From Thelocarpon superellum (Eukaryota), in NCBI GenBank assembly GCA_026025795.1, contig JAPEUG010000023.1, positions 1 to 64,000 on the forward strand: a stretch of 64,000 nucleotides of DNA, read 5' to 3'. This document shows, piece after piece, positions 46,791-59,745 of this stretch (its first letter is position 1; each line of letters opens with the position of its first letter). The notes beneath the pieces were generated by a model. It was not told where the DNA came from and did not search any database. It saw only the letters and a program-made list of their open reading frames with translations. The translations under genes were made by a program, and so were the position numbers.

Positions 46791-49403
46791 ATGATTCGGC
46801 AACGGCTGGCGTGGTCCGGCCCACGAGGCCCGCGGCTCGCCCGATTGATCCCCACCCGGACCTTCGTGGCAACACCGTCGCGAAGTGCGGAGGTGGAACT
46901 GACCGTTGGTGGGTTGGCCCTTGTGTCGAGACCGTTGCGACGCACACTGCTGACCTGATGGGTAGATGGCAAGAAGGTGTCAATAGAAGGTAAGAGCAGT
47001 GATATCTCATGCGGCGGAATGGCTGGTCGAGAACACCCAATGGATGCTGATGTCTGCGGTAGCCGGCTCTGCCCTAATTCAGGCATGCGAGAAGGCGGGG
47101 GTCACAATTCCCAGGTGAGCATGCTCAACGTCGCCTCAGGCTCCGACGATACTGATACGCCTTAGATATTGTTACCATGAGTAAGCCGCCCTGGTACCCG
47201 CGGTCCTTATGGGAACACGCTGATACGCAAGCATCAGGAAGCTTATGATTGCTGGGAACTGTACGTATGGCGCTTGTTCCTCATCCGAATGAAACTCACG
47301 CCCCAAGGTCGAATGTGTCTGGTCGAAGTGGAACGGGCGCCGAAGCCAGTGGCGTCATGTGCATGGCCGGTCCAGCCGGGCATGGTGGTCAAGACCGATT
47401 CGCCCCTGACGCACAAGGCCCGCGAGGGGGTCATGGAATTCCTCCTCGCCAATCATCCGCTGGACTGTCCCATCTGTGATCAGGGAGGCGAATGTGATCT
47501 GCAGGATCAGTCCATGCGCTACGGTGCCGACCGGGGCCGTTTCCATGAGATGGGCGGCAAGCGTGGAGTGGAGGACAAGAACATCGGACCGCTGATCAAG
47601 GTATATTGGACCATACACGAACTCTCTTGCCCTCATTAATCGGCTCATGGTAGACCTCGATGAACCGATGTATCCACTGTACCCGTTGTATCCGATTTGC
47701 CAACGATGTCGCAGGCGCACCCGAACTCGGTTCGACTGGACGTGGCAACGACATGCAAATTGGCACCTACCTCGAAAAGAATCTCGATTCCGAAATGTCA
47801 GGCAACGTCATCGATCTCTGCCCCGTCGGCGCCCTGACCTCTAAGCCTTACGCCTTCCGTGCGAGACCCTGGGAATTGCAGCACACGGAATCGGTTGATG
47901 TGCTCAATGGCCTAGGGTCCAATATCCGGGTGGACGCCCGTGGCCTGCAGGTTATGAGAATCCTTCCTCGTCTCAACGATGACGTCAATGAGGAGTGGAT
48001 CGACGACAAGACCCGCTTCGCCTGCGATGGGCTCAAGACGCAGCGACTCACAACACCGCTGGTCCGGCGCGACGATCGCTTCCACCCGGCAACGTGGGAG
48101 CAGGCTTTGACCGAGCTTGGCAACGCCTACCAGAAGCTGGCGCCCAAGGGACATGAATTCAAGGCCATCGCCGGTCATCTGATCGAGACCGAGTCGCTCG
48201 TGGCGATGAAGGATCTCGCAAATCAACTGGGATCGGATAATCTGGCCCTGGACCAGCCGCAAGGGGGCCGGCCACTCGCGCACGGTATCGATGTGCGGTC
48301 GAACTACCTCTTCAACTCCAAGATCGCTGGGGTTGAAGAAGCCGATGCGATACTCCTGGTCGGGACCAATCCGCGACTCGAAGCCGCGGTGCTCAATGCT
48401 CGTATCCGCAAGCAGTGGCTCCGCTCCGACCTCGAGATCGGGTTGGTGGGCGAAAGCTTTGACAGCACCTTTGAGTTTGAGCATTTGGGCATGGACGCGG
48501 CCGCGCTCAAGAAGGCGCTGGCCGGATCCTTTGGCAAGAAACTCCAAGCGGCCGCACGACCGATGATCATCGTGGGCTGCGGCGTCGCTGAACACGCTGA
48601 CGCCAACGCGATCTTCGAGATTGTTGGTGGCTTCGTCGAGAGGAACGCGTCCAACTTCGTCACGTCGGATTGGAACGGCTACAACGTCCTCCAACGCACC
48701 GCCTCGCGTGCTGGCGCCTTCGAGGTCGGCTTCACCGTACCCTCGCCCGCGGTGGCTGCCACCGCGCCCAAGTTCATCTGGCTGCTCGGCGCGGATGAGG
48801 TCAGCCAGCAGGACATCCCGGCGGGTGCCTTTGTCGTTTATCAAGGCCATCATGGCGATCGTGGGGCCCAGTTGGCCGACGTCGTTCTGCCAGGCGCAGC
48901 GTACACGGAAAAGGCAGGTACGTACGTCAACACGGAAGGTCGGGTACAGATGACACGCGCTGCCACGTCCCTCCCGGGCGCGGCCCGCGAAGACTGGAAG
49001 ATCCTCCGGGCGGCGAGCGAATACCTGGGCGCGGCTCTGCCCTACGACGATGTGGCCGCGTTGCGAGAGCGGATGGACGAAATTGCGCCGGCGTTATCGC
49101 GGTACGATATCGTGGAGCCCGCGGCGTTGGCGACGCTCAGCAAGACACAATTGGTCGATCAGAATAAGGGGGCCAAACTCCGCGGCGAGCCGCTAAAGCA
49201 CGTGGTTGAGAATTTCTTCTTCACCGACGTCATCTCTCGAAGGTAGGTGGCGACGAGCGCTACACCCGAGCCGAAGCGGCACGCTGACATTCTTCTGCAG
49301 TTCTCCGACCATGGCGCGATGTTCCGCCGCCAAAGCGGCGGGCAATGCGGAGACCAATTTCATGGCTCCTGGCGAACCCCACCCACAAGTGGCCTACGGA
49401 TGA
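46791..49403 (+). CDS. nuo78: NADH:ubiquinone oxidoreductase 75/78 kDa subunit (NDUFS1 ortholog)
   Basis: Presequence, then [59 protein letters not shown] and YVNTEGRVQ. Seven introns, with several micro-exons. Confidence 0.97.
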
Positions 49404-49464
49404 TAGCCGGTGGCGACTGGATCCGCTGGGGCTCAGGTCTCTTTCGCATTGGCTACCGGGGGTC

Positions 49465-49472
49465 TGTACATA
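49465..49472 (+). promoter_or_regulatory. Pumilio/Puf3-type binding element TGTACATA in the putative 3' UTR
   Basis: Exact UGUAHAUA match about 60 nt after the nuo78 stop codon. Confidence 0.45.
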
Positions 49473-50116
49473 AGGAGTACAATGTAGTCAATTCATCGAA
49501 GCCGTTTGTTGCGGCGTGTTTCAATAGAACGTCAATCAATTCCATCGGAGGCCGGGGAGATGAGAGGGAGAGCAAGGTGAGGTAGAGCTGATGATCATTG
49601 TACTGTGAAATAGATGACAGGCCCAGCATGCCCATCACAGCGTGTCTGTTACCCATCGAATGCTCGACCATCAAACATGTGTGGAATGTTTCAATAATCC
49701 TGTCACCGATGAACGGCCGAGGGTCGTTTGGCAGGTCAACGATGACTGCGACTGCGGCTGCGTAACTCACAATCTCCATGTCCGAAGGACGAAGTTGCCG
49801 ACGCCGGGCGAGGATCTGCATCAACCAAGATCGTGGTCGGAGCGTCTCCCGCGCGGTCGCTACACCTGCAGCTAAGGAACTCCTGACCTTTCGCGGACTT
49901 TAAGCGAGGCCGCTACGATGCCAGGAACTGGCCAGAAATCTTGGTGAATCGTGTCAACAACGAGCTGGATGAGAACATCGAAGCTACCTCCCATCACCCT
50001 TCCGCCCGAGTCCATTCAGCGCTTTGTGGATGTCGCATTGACCGTCTTCGGGGCTTGAGGAGATTGTGCGTCTCGTGGAAGGGTTAGACTCGGATGCGAG
50101 ACAGCACACCGCCGAG

Positions 50117-51136
50117 ATGAATATCTTTCGATTGCTCGGTATGCCCCCAACCACCATGATCGGAAGATGCCATCCTGGGGAGCTGGATGCCGAGACCATG
50201 CTCACGTCGTCCAGGGGACTTGTCCCATCTGATCTCCATCTTCATCCTCTTACAAAAGATGCGATCGACCAACGTAGGTGCCCTCCGCCGGCCTGGTGAC
50301 TCCGGGACGCCGGGCTTCATCGACCCGGCAACCCGTGATCGCTGACCGCGACCGCAGAGCTGTGCCGGCATCTCCTTCAAATCTCAGGCCCTTTATCTCA
50401 TTGTGTACATCACGCGATACCTTGGTGAGCACTGTCGACGCACGCGGGGCGCAGAGGGGATGGTCCTGGCGTGCTGACCAGCTCTCCCCTCAGATCTTTT
50501 CTCCTCCTCGCCGTATAACATGATCTTCAAGATTGTCTACATCGCCTCGTCTGCATATACCGTATACCTGATGGTGAACGATTATAAGCCGACGCACGAT
50601 CCCAACATCGACACGTTCAAGGTCGAGTATCTCCTCGGCGGCAGCTTCGTCATGGCGCTGCTGTTTCCCAAGGAGTACTCGCTGTACGAGGTGCGTGAGA
50701 GTCCGGTCGGGCGCGCGTGTGGCCGCGTGGCCGCGTGGCGGTATGCCTCCAGCATTGACCGTGACCCGCCAGATCTTGTGGGCTTTTTCCATCTGGCTCG
50801 AGGCCGTGGCCATCCTGCCGCAGTTGTTCATGCTGCAGCGGACGGGCGAGGCTGAAACGATCACGACACACTACCTCTTCGCATTGGGGGCCTATCGGGC
50901 TCTGTATATCCCCAACTGGCTGTATCGCTACTTCGCCGAGGGCCACTTTGAGCCCATAGCGGTCGTGGCCGGGATTCTGCAGACGATCCTATATTCGGAT
51001 TTCTTCTGGATCTATTATACCAAGTACGTGTCGAGGACCATCGCGCCCCGATCTCTCCCTCGTGATTCGTCTGCGTCTGACACGCGAGCCGCGTTGCAGG
51101 GTGCTCAAGGGGAAACGTTTCGCACTCCCCGTGTGA
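50117..51136 (+). CDS. ERD2: ER lumen protein-retaining (HDEL) receptor
   Basis: [72 protein letters not shown] and [10 protein letters not shown]...LPV*. Five introns. Confidence 0.97.
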
Positions 51137-54100
51137 AGCAGAGTTTCGGGTGGATCCGTTTAGCCCGGGCTGGGGGAAGCATGGGTAGGGGGCTTGGGAG
51201 GGTCCGGGGACTGGGGCGACGGGCGGCGGGGCAGAGGGAAGGAGGAAGGAGGAAGGAGGGACGACACGACCCACGACACCTGCGACGACGGTGGCCGGGC
51301 ATCGATACGCGTTCTAGACGCTCGAGTGGGACGTCGGCGATGCTCCTAGGGGCACGAGAAGCGCCGGACGTTTCGTTTCGCCTACGGCGTCGGAGATGCA
51401 CCAGGACCCTGAGGTACAATCCTGCTCGGGACTGGGAACAGCCGACCGGGAACAGCGAATGGGGAACGGGGGACAAGAAAGGCATTGTGTCTGCCTTTCC
51501 GCCCGTCCGCATGGTTTGCGTCGACCGGTCGACGGCGCGCGACTTGTGCTGTGACCTTATCATACTTCTACGATTGGGAGTCTTTGTCACCCAGGATTTA
51601 GACACCCCTCCTCCAAGGGACGGCCTGCTTGGCAGCGAGGGCAGCGTGGGTAGCGTGAATAATTATGAGCATCATGTAAGAAAGACCAGTTGCCTGTACT
51701 CGCGGTTCAAGGGGCGGTCCAAGGACCGTCAGCACGCGGCTATGGATTCCTCAGGCTGCGAGCGCGCCAAAAACCCCTCTGCATCAGCGGCTGGTACCTG
51801 TCGGGGAGGGGCGCGTGCGTCTGACATGGTGCGTCGCGCGTGCGTCGTGCATCGCCCCTCGCGCGACCGAGCACAGTCAGGTACCTCGATGAAGGAAGGG
51901 GTAGGGGCGGGGGTGCGGAAGGAAGAGAGCGCGCCCGTGAGCGACTCGTGGAAGCAACGCTCGAGCCCTAGCCAGAGCGAGAGCGAGAGCGAGAGCGAGA
52001 GTACGATGGAGAGCGAGAGCGAGGGTGAGATCGAGAGAGTAGGAAGAGCTTGGTTTGCCGCCGAGGACAGGAATAGCATGGAGAAGGGGTGAGCACGGCG
52101 ATCGACGGGCGGGCGTACCTGGTGGCCACGGGGAAGTGGCTGTCCCTACCATAAGGTTGGGGCGGACGCGATAAGCTCTCGGGGTAAACACTCTGCTTAG
52201 CCATGCAGTATATCACGCATCGCACCACCACACGCGACATGTGAAGTGGAGTCGTCGACGTCCGCGGCCAGCAGTGCGCCATAAATCTGGCCGCCCGACA
52301 GCTTTTTTTTGCTTTGGGCCCCTCCCCAGGTCCCGAGGGAGAGAGAGGAACGACGACACGGTGCTCGTCCGACAAGAGACGAGAGCCGAGAGACGAGAGA
52401 CATGTGACGAGACCAGCCCGGGCCCCACTGGTTACCAGGCGCGGCGTCTCTCCGAGGGGATTCAAGGAGACTGTTACGCAACGGTTTGGACACGTCCGCG
52501 CCGCAGGCAGTTGGTTGGAGGTCGGCGGTGCATCGCAGTCGGAGCAGGAGTAGCGCGCCGGGACCGCTCTGGTGTGCGAGGGTGGTGCGGCTTCGCGGAG
52601 CGGCGACGACGCTCGTCGATCGTCATCATCACCACGACGCTGCACCCATTTGCCTGGATTGGCCGGAGGGGCGCTAGAGCAGCCGCTGTCGTCGGGACGG
52701 CTCTGTCCGAAAAGTACTTCATACCTGGGGAGATACATGCCGACCCATGGTGCCTCCCGCGCCGGAGTCACTACCGGCAGCAGCTGCGGGAGGTACCTGC
52801 CGGGGCACCCGTCACCCCCAACTTGGCGTAGTACGGCATATGTGAAGAGACCCATCTTCTGTCCGGCCATCTTTATCTGGGCTCCTCCGGATGCCGGACG
52901 ACCTCATGACAGGATGATGCTCGTCACCTCTCCCACCGCTACACTAGGACGCTTTCCCTCCTGCTAGGACTCCTCGCTGACACGCACGACTAACTTTAGC
53001 TGCGTTGCCACCCTGGTCGCGGCAGCCATGCCGCTTCCAGCCAAAGTGGGCAGGATGAGCGTGCCCAGTGACCCCAGTGGCGAGAAGCCAGAGCGGGCCA
53101 AGCCACGCCGAGACTGGGTCGCTAAGATCGACGAGGCCAGAGCTCAGGAAAAGCTCCGGTTAATCCTTTGGAAGGGGAGTGGAGGGGAGGGGGCAGCCGG
53201 GAGAGCAGGGAGATGGGGAGAAGAGAGCGCCGGGTCAGGGCAAGTGATGGTGGATCGGGCCCTTGTTGAGCAAAGCATGTATGATACAGCACGGGTGCCT
53301 TGTCCGGCGGACGAGGACGGGGACGCGGGCGGAGCCAAGGCCGAGCAATCGTCGTTGGACGAGTGACAATGCGAGAAGTCGTTGCACGTCCGACACGCGT
53401 CGCTACGCCGGCTCTTCCATCGGCTCCTCCGCCGCTCCTTCTCTTACCATACCTAGCGCAGCGCAAAGGGAATTTGTCGGAGAGACAGATCTCGTCTGGT
53501 CTTCCGGTCTCTGGTGTTTGGTTTCTCGCTTTGCTCCATGCAGCCGTCACAATCTACTTGTTTCCTGTCTCCGTGCCAGGGACTCTTTTCACTGGCTGGA
53601 TAGGTACGGCAGAGCGAGGTGGCCTCGTACGCACGGTCAACTACGTCGGTCCTCCTGTACTTGTAGAATGTTACCACTCCACCGTCGTACAGGATGGTGC
53701 TGCAAAAGTAACGCTCGTCAACTCTGCCGGGCTACACTGCCGACCCCGACAGGACGTGGCTGCGCTTTCCCGCCCTCCCCGGGTTCCACCGATGCGCCTT
53801 GGTCGCGGACACCAGGTCAGAACGCCTTCTCGACCGACGAGTGGTGTGTGATGGGTCCGTGGGGGAACGCGGGGGGAAGAAAAAAGGACATCAGGCCAAG
53901 GACAGTTCGGGCGGTGTTGCCCGTTGCCCATTGCCCGTTGCCCATTGCCCGTTGCGCGTCCACCTCCGCCAGGTTGATGTTCGCGCGCGCAGGTGGACTA
54001 CCAGCATACGGAAAAGAGGGGAGAGAGGAGCCGCGGCAGGGCCTATCAACAGACAGCTAGGGCCGCGCTGGTTGCGGGGTCCGTGAGGGTACTCGGGACT

Positions 54101-56415
54101 TTGATGATGCCAAGAGGTCGTGGTGGTGGTGGTGGTGGTGGTGGTAGCGGTGGTGAAGATCAATGATGGCGCTGCTACCACGACTCGCCTACCACTCCGA
54201 CTACGCCGTACCCGTCGTAGGCGGCGAGTCACAGTTTTTTTCAACGGCGCGGGCGCAGGCGCGTCCCGAGTAATGGGCCCAGGTGGGTGGTGATGCACGA
54301 CGGAGCCAGTCCCTGGTAAGCCTGGCGTGCCGGGCGTGCCTGGCAAGGCCGGCAGTTGGAGGTGGACGACGATCAGGGATCGCGACAGGCTCACACCCCG
54401 GCGCGCAGCAACCCTGGCGCACATCACCGCGTCGCTCCATCGGGGGCGTTCGGTCTGTGCGCCTCAACGTTTGGGGGACGATGGTGCAAGCCTGCCCCTG
54501 CCCAACGTGGTGAGGCGCGCTGCGAGGCGGCGGGGTGGCGGAGGCGCTGCAGCGCTGCAGACGGGATCGAGGTTACGGTTAGATCCGATTCACAGGACGA
54601 GTCCCGAGCACCGCCATTGCCCACGATTACTCCCCTCCTACGAGCTGACTGGCTCTGTCGAGGTCCTCTTACGCCATCTGACTCACAATCGTTCTCGCGC
54701 CTTCACCCAACGAGCAGATTATCCGGAGAGCGAGCGAGGCGGACACCTCACTATGATACTAGTACTCGCCACTCCCGTTTCCTGTCAATCACCCGAGTCC
54801 ACCTACGGGGGCTTGGTGTCGTAGAGTATGCCGAGCCGGACGCGGTGTGCTTGCAATGACAACGCTGTGCGGATGCGTGCAAAGGATCAGACGGCGCAGG
54901 ACGGGCAGGGTCTCCGGCCAGGTACCCAAACTAACGACGCACGCTATTCGCGAAAAGTATGGTTTGGTATGAGGCCTAACGACCGCTTCCCCGATGCTCG
55001 GTACCTGCTAGCACCGCCCAACGTTAACTCCCGGAACAGGTGCCTGGCATTGGCGTCGCTTCGCTTCGACCTCCCTACCGCGACCCCTCCAAACGCTCGC
55101 CATCGGCCGTGTGATTGGCGGGATGGCGGGTGAGGTCGATCCAGGCCTCGCTGCGTGTGAAGCGATGCGCCAGCTCGCTTCGTCCATCGCGCCCTCATGC
55201 TCTCTTCTTTGCGCGCGCCCACCGTCAGAGCCCGCCGTCATGGCCGGTGTGAGCCACGCAGCGCGCTGGCTCGGGGGCTCGGTGGCCCTGGCCGCGGCCG
55301 TGGTCGCCCTTGCACTTCTCCTGGCCCAATCCTGGCTCGGCGAGCGCCCAGGCTCGCCATAGTGGCAGGGGCACTACCTAGTCGGTCGAGGAACGCCGCG
55401 GCGTCCCCTCCTCTTGCTTCCCCCCCACCTTCCCTCCCCCCCATCGCTCCTCGTTTCAGTACGACGGCGTCGGCGGTGTCGTGCGACTAAGACCCAAAAC
55501 AGGACCCTGGTAGCTGCCGTTCACACTACGATGAGGTAGCTCGAGCCAATCCGCTAGGGCTGGCTGGGAACAATGTTGAGAGAACGAGCGAGGGCCAAGG
55601 CGAGCGACGAGAGATAGAGAGCGATCGAGAGCGGTGCGGAGGGCAGAGTGCAAGAGAGCTGCAGGGCGTGCACGTCCTCGCCAGCATGGCGCAACACCAC
55701 CCCTCGTACAATACTTGAGCCTCTCCTGCCCACCGGGTCTGCCTCACCGGCATCTGGTGATGGCCCTCTGATAACATTGTCCTTCCCCGTCGAGCTCGAG
55801 AGCTCAATCGCTGCTTCCGGCTGCCCACCTCGTCCTCGCCATCGTTGACTCGACCGCGGCATTCTAGACTCGACTGCTCCCACCATTCCCCTCCCCCCAA
55901 TCCAACGGCAGGACCGACGAAGTCTCTGCCACTACACTCGCTTTGGAATCTTTTCTGTCCGCTATTCTGCGTCCATCAGCTCCCATCCGCAAGCGACCGA
56001 TCATCAGCAGCCAGCCAGGTTCTCGACAGGCGACCCACCACTGCCCAATCTTGCCTAACATCGCCCAACATTCTAGAGTGCTCCGGTGTCTTTTCACCAC
56101 ATCCGGCGAGCTTCACGGATGACGTCTTTGGCTTGCCCGTCCGCCGCCCCTCCATCCCACCTACTTAAGAAACCTCTGTCCCCCGCCGCTCGCAAGTTCT
56201 GCACCTTTCGGCCCCTGCTTTCCAGGCCCTCCCCCTCTTCTGCTCACGCAGCGCCTCACGCCGTCCCTCTACACGGTTCAGCATCCCGTGCCACGTCGGT
56301 CCCGAAGGTCTTCTGAACCACGTTTTTGTCTACCGCATCACCCCGCTTCCACCAGCCCCCCACTCTCTTCTGCGCCCTTTCACCTTGACCCCCATTACCA
56401 TCTCGCCTCGACCCG

Positions 56416-58467
56416 ATGAATATCCGCAAGCGTGACCATGACGACGTGCCCCACGACCAGGAGCGGCGGGCGGCCCGACGCCGCCCGTCCGAGCCGATCA
56501 AGCCGATCAAGGGCGAGCGAAAGTCTCGTCAACGGGCTCCCGGTTTCCATCGCAAGTCGTCGCGCTCTCCGCGTAGTGGATTGCCGTCGATGGCGGTTGA
56601 TGGGGTGAACGCTTCGCGCATGATGTTTCCTGGCCCAGACGCATCGCACCTGGGTTCTTCCGGCTTGGACTCGGGCATGGACTCGCAAGGCATGGGGCTC
56701 CCGGGAATGACGGCCTCGTCCATGGAAGAGTTCCAGCATGGCGCGGCGGTCCTCCACCCATCCATGCCTTCGGCACCTCCGCGCATCACCAATGGTTATT
56801 CGCCCTCAGATACGATCCCAGGCCTCGCCAGCGAAGACTTTGACCAGCTCAACGCGGTAGCGCTGCACGACGAAGCCCGGCACAGTGAAGCCCGCAGCAG
56901 AGGCTTCCCCGACGGCATCCCCGCCAATGGCAACCAGCGCAACCAGCAGCACCGGACGTCGATCCTGGGACAGCATCTCTTGCAGCAGGATCTCTTGCAG
57001 CAGCAGCATGATCTCTCGCAGCATGGTCTCCCGCCGAACACTCTCGCACACACTGGAGCCATGACGATGGGGACGCTGGCAAATGGGCCTATGGCCCACA
57101 CGGCCGTGGCCAACGGGGCCATGGGTATGTTTGGATCTGGCTTCGTGTTCGAGCCACAGATGCCTACCCTCTACCATCCTCTTCCGCATCCCCAACCGAT
57201 GACCGACGCCTCGATCGGGGTCCCGCCAATGGACGATCATCCTAGCCCGGAGGAATTCGAGACGGTCGTCAAGGACTATATCTCGTCGCTCTCGACCAAG
57301 AAGCAAGATAAAGCGTTGATCACGCAGGATCGCTACGAGAACATCCTGCTGGTCCTCAAAGAACCTCGATGCACGACGGTCGAGTCGGCGCAATTCCGGT
57401 AAGTGGGCGACGCGTGACGCCGAACGTGCGAGAGCCACGGCGCTGACTTAGCGGGGGCATCGTAGATTCTGGGCCAAAAAGATGTTTACCATGGGCTACA
57501 ATACCGACATTGGTCAGCGAGTCATGCAGAACGGCAGCCAGCGGGCGGGGAAGCACCGCAGTGAGCGACCGTTGGTCTTTCACGAGGGCAAGCCGGTCGC
57601 GGTACGCGAGGAGTTGTATGAAGTCCTGACGACGGCGCACTCCCGATGCCAACATGGGGGCCGAGACAAGACCTCGGCTGAGGTGCGCAGGGTCTGGTCG
57701 TGGTAAGTGCCGTTCCTCATTCTTCTGCTTCCCTGCTTCCCTGCTCCCTTTTCCCTGTTCCGTTTGCGTCATTCGTCTCTTTGGCCCGGAGGGTACGCGG
57801 GCCAAGGTGAAAGGGTTTAAGACCCTTGCGCCGCTGGCGCAGTGGCGGTGGCGGCGGTGTCGCTTGACGTGTCACATCTCCCCCGGGGCCGACGAGCGGG
57901 GCTAACAGGCAGCTCGACAGGGTTCCCAAAGAGTTGATCGCTCGCTTCGTCCGAAATTGTCCGACGTGCTCGGTGCGACGTAACCCTTTAAGCTTCGGGA
58001 ACGTCACGCCACGATCGAGGACCAGGGCCGGCCATACCACTCCGCCATCCTCGGCCACGTCAAGTTCGCCGCCGACGCTCGGGTTCCCGTCTACTCGCCA
58101 GACGCCCGTCCAGCCCTTGTCGCCCGCCGACTCGCGTCGGACGTCGATGATTTCGCCGTCTGGCGCGCCGACCCTGACCACCATGCCCAGCATGCCGACG
58201 ACCTTGGCATCCATGGACGGTCAGGCCATGGCGCTCCCGTCGCGCTCGATGCCGCCCATGCAATTCGAGTCGGTCTTGCGGAATGGCTTCTTCACCGCCG
58301 TCTCGGCCTCGAACATGGTGGCGACGACACAGCCCTCGATGATGCATCCGAATGCGGGGCCAGACAATGGAGGCGCGATGATGCACCAGCACGTCGGCCC
58401 AAACAACGGGGCTTATCACGCCAACGGATACAGCTTCGAAAGCTCCATCTATCATGCTGCCGAGTAG
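56416..58467 (+). CDS. Protein with isolated integrase H2C2 zinc-binding domain (NOL4-like), 3 exons
   Basis: Introns 57399-57465 and 57703-57920 give ESAQFRFWAKKMF...ELYEVLTTAHSRCQHGGRDKTSAEVRRVWSWVPKELIARFVRNCPTC, flanked by Q/P/S/M-rich disordered regions. No DDE core is visible. Confidence 0.85.
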
Positions 58468-59745
58468 CCATCGGCCATTCCGGATAGGGGCGACCGTGTC
58501 GTTTGCACCCGCGCTGATCTGGGCGGGGGTCGGACGAACGGTCGAGGGGCGATCGGGTCAAGGTATGCGATCGGCATGCATGTCGTGCATCCGTCTTCCG
58601 CCGCTACTGCACGTCAATATGCACGGACCAACCCCACTCCTCCCACATCCCGGCACCCCTGTCGCCACACTCCGTTCCTCGTCTTGGCGAGGTCCATGTC
58701 TCTCCTTTGGCGACGGCAGACTTTTTTCTCTCTTCTCTTTTCGTCTCGTCCGGTATGCGTGCGTGTTTCAATTGGGTGTGCCGCGCGACCCTAGGTCCCT
58801 GCGCTGGCTTGAACGGTATCTGCATTGGCCTGGATCACTTTCACGCCTGGTGTCTTGGTAAGAGGGGGAATGGGCCGTCCATCGAGAAGAGGTTTGGGAT
58901 GCGTCGTGTCGGGCTTTTGTTTTGGTTCGGCTTGGCTGTGGACTTTGAGTGCGCTATTCGGCGGCCCTGCTGGGGACGTACTCATGCCATCACCACGCAG
59001 GTCGAGGAGCCGATGGGAATCATCGGGACAGGACGTCAAAAGTTTGGGTGGCAGTCTGGGATTCTATCGCCTTCCACTTGGACCGCTCGACTCGGGTGGC
59101 CGCCATCGTCGACACCCATTTGTACATATCCTTGTGGAGAGGGTCCTGCCATTCCGCCGCCTCATCGATTCACCGACGAGGCAAGGGCGACGACATCCTC
59201 GCAGCCTGGCCTCTCTGCGACTTGATTTTCTTTGACTGGGCGTGTCGTTCGCGAAGACTCAATTAATGGGGGAGAGGGCGGGGTTTAAGTACGTGAGAAA
59301 GATTGGCAACCGGACGAGAAGGGGAGAAAAAAGTGGAGAGACGAGTCTTTGCGCGTCACGCCATTTTCTTATTAGACGGAGAGTCACCTGTCTGCAGTAT
59401 TCTTACTAAAGAAATGGCCTTGGACCTGAAAGTGTATGCATCAAGACTGACCCGTGTTTCCAACACAACGGCGAAAGGACGCGCCTTGGGAGTAGTCGCG
59501 GAGGCTTGGGAAACGCCTCGACCGTCACGGGGAAGCGTATGAGCAAGTGAACGGGCCAGCACTCTATGCGGGATGATTTTCGTCATCAGTATTTGACGAC
59601 TACACGAGCAACGAGTATACAGAGGGGTTGGAGGGGAGGAAGGCCCGTTGGGGGAAGCGTTGGGAGTCATCTTGCGAATGGAACCGAGCACGTATACACG
59701 AGTCTTGACGAGCCTTCACAAGGAGATGGGCAGGGGTTCCCCGAG

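Noticed and set aside
51137..52092. C-terminal extension of the 465-aa ORF 50695-52092
   Set aside because: It arises from reading through the last ERD2 intron. The spliced gene ends LPV* at 51136.
56416..58467. Active LTR retrotransposon or DNA transposon
   Set aside because: No RT, RNase H, DDE, LTRs or TIRs, and the gene is intron-containing and host-like.
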